From Octopus sinensis (Eukaryota): a stretch of 64,000 bases of DNA. The first letter of the stretch is position 1. Every line of letters begins with the position of its first letter. Both the position numbers and the translations under genes were made by a program. Below the pieces are notes generated by a model. The model did not search any database. It was not told the DNA's origin and saw only the letters and a program-made list of their open reading frames with translations. The stretch is taken from positions 108,562,001-108,626,000 of the forward strand of contig NC_043001.1 in NCBI RefSeq assembly GCF_006345805.1, read 5' to 3'. Of the stretch, positions 11,766-25,160 are shown piece after piece.

Positions 11766-12955
11766 TGGATTGTAAACGATTTACAGAAGCAGTTGAATTC
11801 TTGTTGGTCAGAAATAGTGAGACCCTAAATCTTGAGGAACAATTGACTAGCTTCTGGTTATCAAGACGATTGGGGTTAATACAAAAGAACGTGGCAAAAA
11901 AAAAGAAACAACTTGTCATATTAATGGATCGATTAAAAACACTACCTTTGATTCTGTTCCACATAACTAGTTTATCAAAATACTATAAATTCTATAATTT
12001 AATGACGCTTTGTGACTGTCATTAAAACGACTGTGGTGACGTAGTTAATAGATTTTTTAGATTTTACAGTTACCAATAACACCACGACTGTGGTGTTATT
12101 GGTCACAAAAATATCAACGGAGACATTCCCGAATGGCACTAAATATAGTTTCCATTTTATCGCATGCTTGTTGCTAAGTTAGTGTTGGCTAATAAATATA
12201 TCAATTTGAGTTGCTACATATGAAAAGAAAGGACAAGGTTCGTTCACCATTTCCTATTCTTGAATCACCTAAAATTGTATAGTACAATTGGTTCCCGGTT
12301 TCATAGGCACATCAGTATTAAGTAATTCAACAAGGACATTAAGGTGTCCTTTGAAGTGGGAAAATACGAGTAGTTGACTAAAAAAGGAGGGAGACCGGCA
12401 TGTCGAAATTTTAACACCCTTTCTCCCCAAAAGGAGATAAAACATGAACTGTTGCCCTTAACAATGTTTTCCATTTTGATAATAAATCTTTTATTAGAAA
12501 AGACATAAATAAACAAATTATAATCGACAAGGTACCTCGTCACCTATTACAAAATCTATGTCTTTTATTAGTTGAGGTTAGGGTGGTTAAATTATATCTG
12601 TGACAAGGTTTACTATTTCCAGATATAACCTTTTCTTTTAGTAGAATAGACATAGCTAGAGAAATTAAACACGTGACAAGGTTTTCTATTTTTACTTATT
12701 TTTTGGTTAGAAGACACTGGGGTAGGTAAATTATATCCATGACAACGGATCTTATCCTAGATATAAATGTTTCTTTTGTTAGAGAGGCCGAAAGGTGCTC
12801 AAGTTAAACATGCTCAAGAGTTTCTCTTTCTCGTCATAATTTTGTTTTGACCTCGCTTATGTTCCTCATTACTGCCAGAAGGTGTGACAATGGCCCCAAA
12901 TGATTTATTGTTTACCTGATTTCGTAGGGATAAATTAAGTTTTGTATGATCTTAC

Positions 12956-12986
12956 CTTTCCGTTTGGGGCGCTTTTCTTGTAAACC
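12956..12986 (-). CDS. Arrestin exon, (R)VYKKSAPNGK; 31-nt micro-exon carrying the N-terminal KK phosphate-sensor strand
   Basis: tttctctcag|GGTTTACAAGAAAAGCGCCCCAAACGGAAAG|gtaaga; matches the arrestin VFKKxSPNGK motif. Confidence 0.93.
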
Positions 12987-13579
12987 CTGAGAGAAAAAAA
13001 AAACAAGAGATCAAGTTAGAAATAATGTAAATAGGATGAAAAAAACAAGAGTTAATTATCAATAAAAGTTAATTATCAATAGAAAGCGAATTGATTAATA
13101 TATTTTTATATATTTTTATCGATCTATTTTTTTTAAGTTGAAAGAAATTATTCAACGAAGGCCATTAGAGACATGGTAAGATGGTTCTTAGCGAATGCTA
13201 GGTTGTGGCAACGACAGGAATGTTATTTGATAAATTGCATCTAATAATTGAACAAAGCCAGCGATTTTTGAGGGTCGGGTAAGTCCCCCAGTGCTGGGCT
13301 GGTTCTAATTTCATTGATGTCGAACAGATGAAAAGTAGAGTCGACCGCGCGACGGAATTTGAACTCAGAACATAAGAGCCGAAAGAAATGCTACGAAGCC
13401 GTTTGTCCGGTGCAGTAACGATTCTGCCAGCACATCGCCTTTGGATGTTACTCTTACTATTTAGTCTTTTACTTGTTTCAGTCATTTAGTCGAGGGATTA
13501 GTCACTTTAAAAAACATGGAGCAGCAACAAGTGGTAGAGCAGAAAACCGCATAAGACTGTCGAAGGTATGATGATAAAT

Positions 13580-13760
13580 AATGATGATGATGACGACGAC
13601 GACGGATGATGATGATGATGATGATGATGTTGACGATGATGTTGATGTTGATGATGATGTTGATGTTGATGATGACGATGACGACGAAAGATGATGATGA
13701 TGATGATGATGATGATGGATGATGATGATGATGATGGTGGTGGTGATGATGTTGGTGTTG
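13580..13760. repeat. Compound (GAT)/(GAC)/(GTT)/(GGT) trinucleotide microsatellite
   Basis: Visible directly. Confidence 0.9.
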
Positions 13761-14069
13761 GTTTCCAATTTTGGCACAAAACCAGAAACTTTAGGGTAGG
13801 TTATAACTCTATCTCATCGACCCTAGTGTTCAACTCGTACTTATTTCATCGACCCCGAAAGGATGAAGGGCAGAATTTCGACCCCGGCAGAATTTGAGCT
13901 TAGAACGTAAAGCGTTGGGAAAATGCCGCCATGCATTTTATCCGACGCGGTAAACAGGTAAAACAAAATTAATTTTTAAACAGGTAAAATTGTACGTGAT
14001 GCTGATGGTACATTTGGAATCTTTTACGACTGCATTAAATGAAATTTCACTGAGACAACAGCCGTAAAG

Positions 14070-14650
14070 ATTGGTTTCAAATTTTGACACAAGGCTAGCA
14101 GTTTTGAGGGTAGGACGAAGTCGATTAAATCGGTCCCAGTACACAACTGGTACTTATTTTATCGATCTCGACGGAAGAAATGTTACTTAGCATTTCGCCC
14201 GGTGTGCTAACGATCCTGCCAGCTCTCGCCTTGGCAATCGTAAATAATCTTTTCTACTCTAGGCACAAGGCCCGACATTTCTTTTGTGGGGGGATGGGGC
14301 CAGTCGATTAGATCCACCCAGTACGCAGCTGGTACTTAATTTATCGACCCCGGAAGGATGAAAGGCAAAGTCGACCTCGGCGGAATTTGAACTCAGAACG
14401 TAGAGGCAGACGAAATACCTATTTCTTTACTACCTACAAGGGGATAAACACAGAGAGGACAAACAAGGACAGACAAACGGATTAAGTCGATTATATCGAC
14501 CCCAGTGCGTAACTGGTACTTATTTAATCGACCATGAAATGATGAAAGGCAAAGTTGACCTCGGTGGAATTTGAACTCAGAACGTAGCGGCAGACGAAAT
14601 ACCGCTAAGCATTTCGCCCGGCGTGCTAACGTTCTGCCAGCTCGACGCCT
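14070..14650 (-). mobile_element. SINE family B cluster (monomer plus dimer)
   Basis: Three cores; fixed junction near 14416. Confidence 0.8.
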
Positions 14651-14686
14651 TGGCTGTCGTAAATATTAAACATATTTTTGTTTACT

Positions 14687-14785
<99 letters not shown>

Positions 14786-14816
14786 TGGTGATAATATATA
14801 TAGCTGAAGAATCAAG

Positions 14817-14953
14817 ATTAATCAAAGGATATGCTAAATATGTCTACATGGTGGAAATAACAGTCAAAACTCTAGTTTAAATCGCTGATTTAAATAAGAG
14901 TTTTGACTGCTATTTCCACCATGTAGAAATATTTAGCATATCCTTTGATTAAT
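14817..14953. repeat. Near-perfect palindrome / foldback element (67-bp arms, 3-nt loop)
   Basis: 14817-14883 vs reverse complement of 14887-14953: 4 mismatches. Confidence 0.9.
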
Positions 14954-15362
14954 TTTAATATTTCAGCTATTTAATGCTTTATGGGCCGGCAATCGCCCAT
15001 ATTATTGATTCTCTTATTATAATTTTTAATTGTTACACTAGAAAATAACAGAGGCAATAATATCTTTGCAATTATGTTCTCCGTATTGAAATTATATATA
15101 TATAACCGACAAACCACCTACACCTGGATACGTTTCAACCAACAACAACTCTCTGCTCGATTGGTCCATGGAGTCCCAAAATAATTAACTAAAAGACTTT
15201 TCCAGGTGGTGCTATTGAGTTAGACATGGACTGGGCCGATAATGGCCGAAACCATCTGAGTTATTTAAGTTATCTAAGACGTTGATGTTTTCAAGGGAGA
15301 TTTCTAAAAATCTCAGTGATATTATTTCCTCTAATATATATTATGCATATCTATATTCATGC

Positions 15363-15438
<76 letters not shown>

Positions 15439-15685
15439 TATACGCTTGTGTGTGTGTATATACATATATATATATATATATAATATATATATAATATATA
15501 CATATTATGTGTGTGTGTGTGTGTCTGTGTGTGCGTGTGTGTGTATGTGTGTGTGTATGCATGTGCGTGTGTGCGTGCATATAAACTGAGCACAATACGG
15601 GATATCCGTTGCGAAAAAATACCTACGTCGACCATAATTCTTGCTCTGCTGGCCATTCCACCTCACACCTCATATATATATATAT

Positions 15686-15722
<37 letters not shown>

Positions 15723-15767
15723 ACACACACACACACACACACATATATATACACGCACACACACACA

Positions 15768-16802
<1,035 letters not shown>

Positions 16803-16871
16803 ATGTGTGTGTATAGAGAGATAGTAGATAGGTATTAGTTGTATGTGTGTATGTGTGTATAGGTATGTAGG

Positions 16872-17039
16872 CATTAACGTAGCTGGGGGCGGGGTAGGAA
16901 TGGTCCACCCCGGACGGCACTTTTAAAGCGGTGGGACTTTTGGGTTTGTTGTAGGCAATGTGTGTCTTTCTGTGGGGTCCGGGGGGGGAGGCAAACGGAA
17001 GGGCCGCCCCGGGCGGCACACACTCTAGCTACGCTAGTT
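16872..17039. mobile_element. hAT-type MITE
   Basis: 13-bp imperfect TIRs (CATTAACGTAGCT / AGCTACGCTAGTT); exact 8-bp TSD TATGTAGG at 16864-16871 and 17040-17047. Confidence 0.8.
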
Positions 17040-17399
17040 TATGTAGGTATAGTAGAAGACACTTGCCACGCAGCAGGACTGAACCCAGAAACATGTCGCT
17101 GGGAAGCAAGCTTCTTACCACATAGCCACACCTGCGCCGCATATGTGTGCGTGTGTTTGTGTGTGTTGTGTGTGTATGTTAAAGAAATTTTATACGTTCG
17201 CTGTATAAGTTCTAAATTCAACTTAATTCGTTGTTAGTAATTGATAGTGTAAAGCTTAAGGTAATATCATTACTATATAATTAAGCATTTAAGTGGATTA
17301 CTGATCTTAGTTTTAATTTCTTATTTCAGATTACCCATGGATTGTGTGAATTATTGGAAATATTCCATCAAATATCCTACAGTTTCATTTCACCCAGAA

Positions 17400-18000
17400 A
17401 ATATTCTTTTCTACTTTAGGCACAAGGCCCGAAACTTTAGGGGAGGGAGTCAGTCGATTAGATCGACCCAAGTACGCAAAGGATGAAAAGCAAAGTCGAC
17501 CTGGGCGGAATTTGAACTCAGAACGTAAAGACAGACGAAAAATTAGAAAGAATATTCTTTTCTACTCTAGGCACAAGGCTCGAAATTTTGTGGGAGGGAG
17601 GGAGGGAGCCAATCAATTAGATTGACCTCACTACGCAACTGGTACTTAATTTATCGAACCCGAAAGGATGAAAGCAAAGTCGACCTCGGCGGAATTTGAA
17701 CCCAGAACGTAAAAACAGACGAAATACTGCTAAGCATTTCGCACGGTATGCTAACGTTTCTTATTTCTTTATTGCCCACAAGGGGCTAAACATAGAGGGG
17801 ACAAACAAGGACAGACAAACGGAGTAAGTCAATTATATCGACCCCAGTGCGTAACTGGTACTTAATTTATCGACCCCGAAAGAATGAAAGCAAAGTCGAC
17901 CTCGGCGGAATTTGAACCCAGAACGTAGCGGCAGACGAAATACCTCAAAGCATTTCGCCCGGCGTCCTAACGTTTCTGCTGGCTCGCCGCCTTTTTCACG
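17400..18000 (-). mobile_element. SINE family B cluster (three cores)
   Basis: Repeated core; fixed long junction near 17755. Confidence 0.8.
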
Positions 18001-18039
18001 CAGAAAAAATTACGAGGTCAATGCATTTTCCCTCTATGG

Positions 18040-18427
18040 CGGAGTTTCAAAATTACTCGTTTCGGTCATGCTGGGGCACTGCTTTGAAGAGTTTAGCCGA
18101 GTATGTATTTATTAACTTTAGTTCTTATTCTATCGGCCTCCTTTGCCGAACCGCTGTTACAGGACGTAAACAAACCAACAACGGTTGTCTAGCGGTGATG
18201 GGGGGGGGGACAGACACCAAGATAGATTATATAGATAGACAATATAGATAGAAGATAGATAGATAGATCGATAAGATATAATAGACAGACAGACAGACAG
18301 ATAGATAGATAGATAGGAATAGATAGATAGATGGATAGAACAGACAGACATACAGACAGACATATAGATAGACAAACAGGCAGATAGATTGATACATAGA
18401 CAGACAGACAGACAGACAGACAAGATG

Positions 18428-18466
<39 letters not shown>

Positions 18467-18494
18467 CGATAGATAGATAGATAGATAGATAGAT

Positions 18495-18526
<32 letters not shown>

Positions 18527-18535
18527 TAGATAGAC

Positions 18536-18607
<72 letters not shown>
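18040..18607 (-). repeat. SINE family A 3' half running into a ~390-bp (GATA)/(GACA)n tract
   Basis: SINE tail on the minus strand; the GATA/GACA array starts at the SINE's internal microsatellite position. Confidence 0.8.
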
Positions 18608-19141
18608 CAAGTATTCAACCCAGTGAACTCATGAGTTTTGTGGGCGCGATTTTGTGTGACATTTGGAGACCGTAAAAGCGGGCAGCCGCATGGTTTTATG
18701 ATGATTTTCGAGCAACGAAAACACTGAATTACGTGATTAGTAATGGCGTATATGAAGTAGGCAAGTTTTCTCTCGAATCCTATGAGATTTCCAAGGTAAA
18801 CACAAAATCTAAGCCACATAATTGTGATAAAACTTTAGTTTTATCTTCGTTGTCTGCTGTAATTAAAGACGTCCTGACGCACAATGAATAGGAAATTACA
18901 TAGGTAATCTCTTTGAGTAACTCATCAGCATCGACGTGCAATGATGAAATGGTGAAAGATGAACAATTGCGAAGAAGGCAGATTTTATTAAAAATCGATG
19001 ACTATTTTTAGGGATTATAACGTCCTTCAGAATGTTTGCCTCAAGAGGCAATGCTTTTTGACAAGAGGTTGAAAACAGACACGAACAATGAAACCATCTT
19101 TAAAGAAAATGGTATCATAACTAGGAAAACAATATGATGAT

Positions 19142-19520
19142 GGAAGCACTCCGTCGGTTACGACGACGAGGGTTCCGGTTGATCCGAATCAACGGAACAG
19201 CCTGCTCGTGAAATTAACGTGTAAGTGGCTGAGCACTCCACAGACACGTGTACCCTTAACGTAGTTCTCGGGGATATTCAGCGTGACACAGAGAGTGACA
19301 AGGCCGGCCCTTTGAAATACAGGTACAACAGAAACAGGAAGTAAGAGTGAGAGAAAGTTGTGGTGAAAGAGTACAGCAGGGATCACCACCATCCCCTGCC
19401 AGAGCCTCGTGAAGCTTTTAGGTGTTTTCGCTCAATAAACACTCACAAAACTGGGAATCGAAACCGCGATCCTATGACCGCGAGTCCGCTGCCCTAACCA
19501 CTGGGCCATTGCGCCTCCAC
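19142..19520 (-). mobile_element. tRNA-derived SINE family C
   Basis: Reverse complement of 3655-4040. Confidence 0.85.
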
Positions 19521-19679
19521 GAGGAAAACAATATAACGCTTGTGCAAGTGATGGCGCTACCTCTGCGATTAGTAACTGTAGAGAATTCAATCCTGATTTC
19601 AAAATTACTGTACCTAAGCTTTTTGCATTCATTTCCATAGTTTATCATGAACATTTAGAAGTAAAACAACGGGGAAAAT

Positions 19680-19875
19680 ACTGTTCTATATTTGAGAGAG
19701 GTGGAATTATGTACATTATTTACATTATTTACATTTGACGGATATTTGTCCTCATCAAGTTCGAAGTTTCCTCAGGACATCTGAAGAAGGCTGGAAGGCA
19801 TATCAGCCGAGACGTTGTGTTAACAACAAACAAGGCGAGGACAAATATCTGTCAAATGTAAATAACGTAAATAAC
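19680..19875 (+). mobile_element. Penelope pLTR-type mini-element with inverted flank and a mutated hammerhead (19777-19820)
   Basis: ACAT-CTGAAGA-A-GGCTG/CAGCC-GAGA-C-GTT-GTGT; arms tacatttgacggatatttgtcctc / gaggacaaatatctgtcaaatgta. Confidence 0.6.
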
Positions 19876-20112
19876 GGGGGAAATGCCTGTAAAATGCCCT
19901 TATAGCTGTAATAAAAATTGTCAATTTTTGTCAAATCAAATGTAGGCGCTGAAGAATAGAAATTGAAATGACTTCCAAAAACGACAATTGTCTTTATTGC
20001 ATTGTTGTACTTCGTGAAAGGATTGCGACATTTCTGGATTGTACGAGACTAGACGAATTGTTGGTTGTTGCCGGATTAAAGCTTAATTTGCTGAAGAGTC
20101 ACAAGAAAACCG

Positions 20113-20292
20113 CACATACATACATACATACATACATACATACATACATACACACACACATACATACATACATACATACATACATACATACATACACCAC
20201 ATACACCCATCACATACATACATACATACATACATACATACATACCATACACACATACACACATACATACATACATACACACATACACACAT

Positions 20293-20323
<31 letters not shown>

Positions 20324-20445
20324 TACACACACATACATACATAATACATACACACACACATACATACATACATACATACACATACATACATACATACATA
20401 CATACATACATACATACATACATACATACATACATGTATACGTAC
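20113..20445. repeat. (TACA)n/(CA)n microsatellite
   Basis: Visible directly. Confidence 0.9.
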
Positions 20446-20451
20446 ATACTT

Positions 20452-20760
20452 TGAACTAATGGGAAATCTGCAGTTACTCTATCGGGGTTACAAGTTTTGT
20501 TTATAACTGTAATTATTGGGGTCCTGGGATATGTAGCACACTTTCTAAATACCAATCTTGAGAAATTAAGCTTCTCAAAACCAGAAAGGAGAAAGCTAAT
20601 TCGAAGACTACAGATCCAATCCATCACTGGAACCGTAAAAATCTATAAAACTTTCCAGAAGTTTATCATTTAAATATATATGAATATGTCTAGATATGTA
20701 ACTATATGATGAGAAGACATACATAAAACAAAGCATACAAATCTGCACATATACATACCC
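20452..20760 (+). mobile_element. RLE-type LINE 3' fragment (TACA-associated family X)
   Basis: ELMGNLQLLYRGYKFCFITVIIGVLG...LQIQSITGTVKIYKTFQKFII* (stop 20671-20673); homologous to 55382-55900. Confidence 0.75.
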
Positions 20761-20785
20761 CATACATGCGTACATACATATATAC

Positions 20786-20841
<56 letters not shown>

Positions 20842-21069
20842 TATATATTATATGTATGTATGTATGTAATGTATGTATGTATGTATGTATGTATGTAAGT
20901 ATGTATGTATGCACGCATGCAATATATGTATGTATGTGTGTATATGTATGTATTGTATGTATGTATATGTATGGTATTATGTATCTACCTATCCAGCAAT
21001 CTGTCTTAAAGAATATATATGTATATATATATATGAGTGTGTATGCGTATGTGTGTGTGTGTGTGTGTG

Positions 21070-21109
<40 letters not shown>

Positions 21110-22544
21110 ATCCGTACATTTATGCATCGGTTTGCTCAACAAGTTGAACGAACTGACAGACAAAACCTCGGCGAAACTTGAAACCTCGGTCGACTTGATC
21201 TTCACAGTATATTTGACTCTAGTTTCAGCATGGAATCATCCCCTTAAAACATGTTCCGTTGTGTTTCTTAAACGTACTTTAAAATAACTATTTTACCACT
21301 CGTACACACAGACATGCACACAAATCAACACATACGGATATATTTGCATATATTTTCCTATTAAATATACGAGTTTTACAGTTTTTTTATATATCTATAT
21401 TTGTGTGTCCGTGTGTGTATGTATTATATATAATTTTTGCCATGTTTCTTTTTGAGAGTTGCCATTTAAGGCAAAATTCCACTACATAGAGTAGAATAGA
21501 TTTATATAATTATGTATAACATTTATGCATACAGTGAACAATAAGTTATGAAGTCAAGAATTAAAAAGGAAATAGCATATAGTATATCTTATGTAGAACG
21601 CAAAAAGGGGAGTTAGAAGATTAGTGGTGAAAGCTACCGGGAACAAATTATACATTTATACTAAAATTATACATTTTAGTATAAATTATACTAAAATTAT
21701 ACAATTATATATTTATACTAAAAGAAGCTTAATGTCAATGCTCAAAAATAGCATTGTGACGAGTCTGCTATCTATAGTCCTGCTGGCTTAAGAAAACATC
21801 CAAATAAGGGCATTTGAAATGTCTACGGTAACAGACGGCCATATTTTACTTTCATTCTTTCCGATTCTGTTTTCGTTTGGAGTGCAGATCACGCGGTTAC
21901 AGGATCGATATATGTCATCGTTATACAACAGATGTAAGAAACTCGATAGGCGGTTCATCGACCATAACAAAATTAATAGTTAAATGATATAAAGAACCTA
22001 TTGTTTCATGCGATTTATTTTCGAAGCTAATTTACTTGTCTTGCATATTTTAATCTTTTAATGTACATCTTTAACGCCAGCGAAATTCAATAAATGTACT
22101 TATCAAGGCTGTTATTTTAATCCACTCGCAGTTTTAAATAATACAGCCTTGAGCATATTTCAGTGGATTAACTGATTAAATACTGCTTTTGTATAAATAT
22201 TTATATAACTTTAAAAAATGACGATCGAAACTTGCATTCAATAGATTATTTTCCAGCCGATAAAACAATATTGATTATTGCTACTCTTCTGGGCTGGATC
22301 TTTCGATGATTTTTTTACATCGTTGCTTTACAATCATGTCACCTTCAAATACCTAACACATCTGAGTTTAATTCGTCGATTTAAAACAAAATCAAACAAA
22401 AATGGAGAGAACTTTTTTTTACGAATTCCATCTATTATGGCGGGATAAGTAAACCGCCTTACATGTAAGATTTAAAGTGAGGCTCACAACTTAACAATAC
22501 AGTGATAAAGAACTATACTTTTGAAGCGTTAGTTGTTGTTTTGC

Positions 22545-22778
22545 TTATTTCTTTATTGCCCACAAGGGGCTAAACATAGAGGGTACAAACAAGGACAGAC
22601 AAATGGAATAAGTCGATTACATCGATCCCAGTGCGTAACTGGTACTTAATTTATCGACCCCGAAAGGATGAAAGGCAAAATCGACCTCGCGGAATTTGAA
22701 CTCAGAACATAAAGGCAGACGAAATGCTGCTAAGCATTTCGTCCGGCTTGCTAACATTTCTGCCAGCTCGCCGCCTTG
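22545..22778 (-). mobile_element. SINE family B monomer (tail type 1)
   Basis: Full head, core and tail. Confidence 0.85.
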
Positions 22779-23274
22779 TATGTTTTGTCCTGTATCGACC
22801 TTAATATAGCAGACCCTTGATCAAAGACATTCAAATCTCTTTAGAGTCAAGATATACTTTATCAACCAACAGCTGCTAATTCTGTACAAGGCTTAGATGA
22901 AAAAGTGGTTCCTCATCCGGGGCGACGCTGATGCTGCTTCAGACACAGACGTCATAAAATTCGTCTAAAGAAAGACCACCCGTTTGACAGATGTGGAGTC
23001 GCTCTTCAACACACGTACCAACATCTGTGCCACAGGCATGCTGTCTCTTTTTTCTGCCCTTGTCCGACAACCCTTTCCTTCGCAAGCTGGTATCATATCA
23101 TTTCTATTTGGCCCCTTTCAACTCATTCGACTCTTCTCTTATCACTTCTATTATTTCTGCCCCACGGCCAATACTTCCTTTCCTCCTCCTCGGAACGTCA
23201 TTTGGGTTATGTTTTTTCTGCAATCGTTCAACTGAACATTGACTGTATCAGCTTCCATGTCATAGGCTCTCAGG

Positions 23275-23632
23275 GACCATAGACAGAGCTTCTTAGAGGA
23301 CAGGAATGGCTGTGATGCTAAGATGTTCGCTTCACAACCACGCATGTCTCAGGCTGTCTAGCACCATAGGCACAGCTTCTTAGGGGACAGGCATAGCTGT
23401 GACGCTAAGATGTTCTCTTCTCAACTACGCATCTCTCAGGTTCTCTGAGACCATAAGCACAGCTTCTTAGAGGACAGGAATGGCTGTGACGCTAAGATGT
23501 TCGCTTCACAACCACGCATGTCTCAGGCTCTCTGGGGCCATAGGCACAGTTTCTTAGAGGACAGGCATGCCTGTGACGCTAAGATATTCATTTCACAACC
23601 ACGCATGTCTAAGAATTTCTGGGACCATAGGC
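23275..23632. repeat. 87-bp tandem minisatellite, 4 units plus a partial, with alternating dimer structure
   Basis: accat/gccat anchors at 23276, 23363, 23450, 23537 and 23624. Confidence 0.92.
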
Positions 23633-24240
23633 ACATTGCAAAACTAACTCTTACTGGAAATTGAAGCCTCTTCAATTCAAAGAGCATGTCTGCTGGAATT
23701 AGTGGAACTCTTGGAATAAACACATTTCCTCCCTTTCTTTGTCCAGGGAGGATTGCTACTTCCAAAAGATGTGGATGTATTTGCCAGTTAATCAGTTTTG
23801 TTCCATTGTGCATCTTTGGAGGATCCAGATTTCTCAAAAGCATGATTGGAACTCCTTTCTTCAAAGTCAATTTGTGAGAAGGCGCTCCAGGAAGATCCAG
23901 AGCTGGGAAACTCAGCAGGATAATTCACTGCCTCATTGAGCCCACAACAATTTCAATTAAGAAATTATTTTTTTTCCTCGGTATTGATTGATTTCATAAG
24001 TTTCCAATTGACAACTTGGATAGTTTCATTCTTTGGTGCTAATATGGCTCTTTCACAAAGCCAATCCTGATCTTGAAAATTATGTCCAATGTTTGGATAA
24101 ACCTTGGTAATCAGCTCTTCTACAATTTTGACCAAAATGTCAGAGCCATTTGGAAAAGTGATGTCTTCATTACTGTCTTGCTGAATGCTTCCATTTCCCA
24201 GATCCAATAGCTGAGCTGCAAATCTTCCAGCATCCAAATC
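23633..24240 (-). mobile_element. Helitron PIF1-like helicase fragment (pseudogene)
   Basis: FAAQLLDLGNG..VYPNI..WLCERAILAPKN / NYPAEF / LTLKKGVPIMLLRNLDPPKMHNGTKL..IPRVPLIP..KRLQFPVRVSFAM: conserved Helitron helicase blocks. Confidence 0.88.
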
Positions 24241-24259
24241 TTTGGATAAATTGACTTCG

Positions 24260-24352
24260 CAGAAAGTCCGATCCGGCCTGAAGTTCGATCAGGCAGGAAG
24301 TCCGATCTGACCGAAAGTCCGATTTGGGCCGAAAGTTCGATTTGGGCCGAGA
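24260..24352. repeat. ~17-bp tandem repeat x5 (gaaagtccgatttgggcc-like)
   Basis: aagt anchors at 24264, 24281, 24298, 24315 and 24333. Confidence 0.8.
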
Positions 24353-24459
24353 CCTCACGAACATGTAACTTCTCCCTCTAACTTGGATCTAGTTTTAAAC
24401 GAACTGAATTGAAAAGATTTTATAAATTCACAGTTTTGGTATTACTTTAAATTCAGTTT

Positions 24460-24489
24460 AAATGAATATATGTATGTATATAGTACACA

Positions 24490-24522
<33 letters not shown>

Positions 24523-25054
24523 AAACATAACACACAGTTATATATATAATAGTATATTATATATATATTATATATATATATATATTATATATATACATAC
24601 ATATAACACACACTCACACTATATAGATTCAAGTAATCCAGTAGTACTCATACAAAACGCTCCTTAATGTGTCATTGCATGCATATAAGTATGTATGTAC
24701 ATATGTATGCATGTATGTATGTATGCATGCATGCATGTATGTATATATGTATGTATATATGTATATATATGTATGTATATATATATGTATGTATATATGT
24801 ATATATGCATGTATGTATGCATGTATGTATTTATGTATGTATGTATGTATATGTGAAGGTATGCATGTATAAATATATATATATATGTATATATGTATGT
24901 ATATATGTATGTATATATGTATGTATATATGTATGTATGTATGTATGTAATATATATATATATATATGTATGTATATATGTATGTATATATGTATGTATG
25001 TATGTATGTATGCATGTATGTATGTATGTATGTATATATATATATATATGTATG

Positions 25055-25085
<31 letters not shown>

Positions 25086-25108
25086 ATATATATATATATA
25101 TATGTATG

Positions 25109-25142
<34 letters not shown>

Positions 25143-25160
25143 TGTATGTATGTATGTATG
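24460..25160. repeat. (TA)n/(TATG)n compound microsatellite
   Basis: Visible directly. Confidence 0.9.

Noticed and set aside
12520-12830. Diverged ~70-bp tandem repeat anchored on gacaagg
   Set aside because: Too degenerate to define units reliably; probably an old minisatellite.
17331-17338. ATG-G|gtaatc as an alternative arrestin first exon
   Set aside because: It ends in phase 1, but the 31-nt exon requires phase 2.
23275-23632. Regularly spaced repeats (also 39806-41017) as a possible CRISPR array
   Set aside because: Units are contiguous with no unique spacers, there are no cas genes, and the context is eukaryotic.
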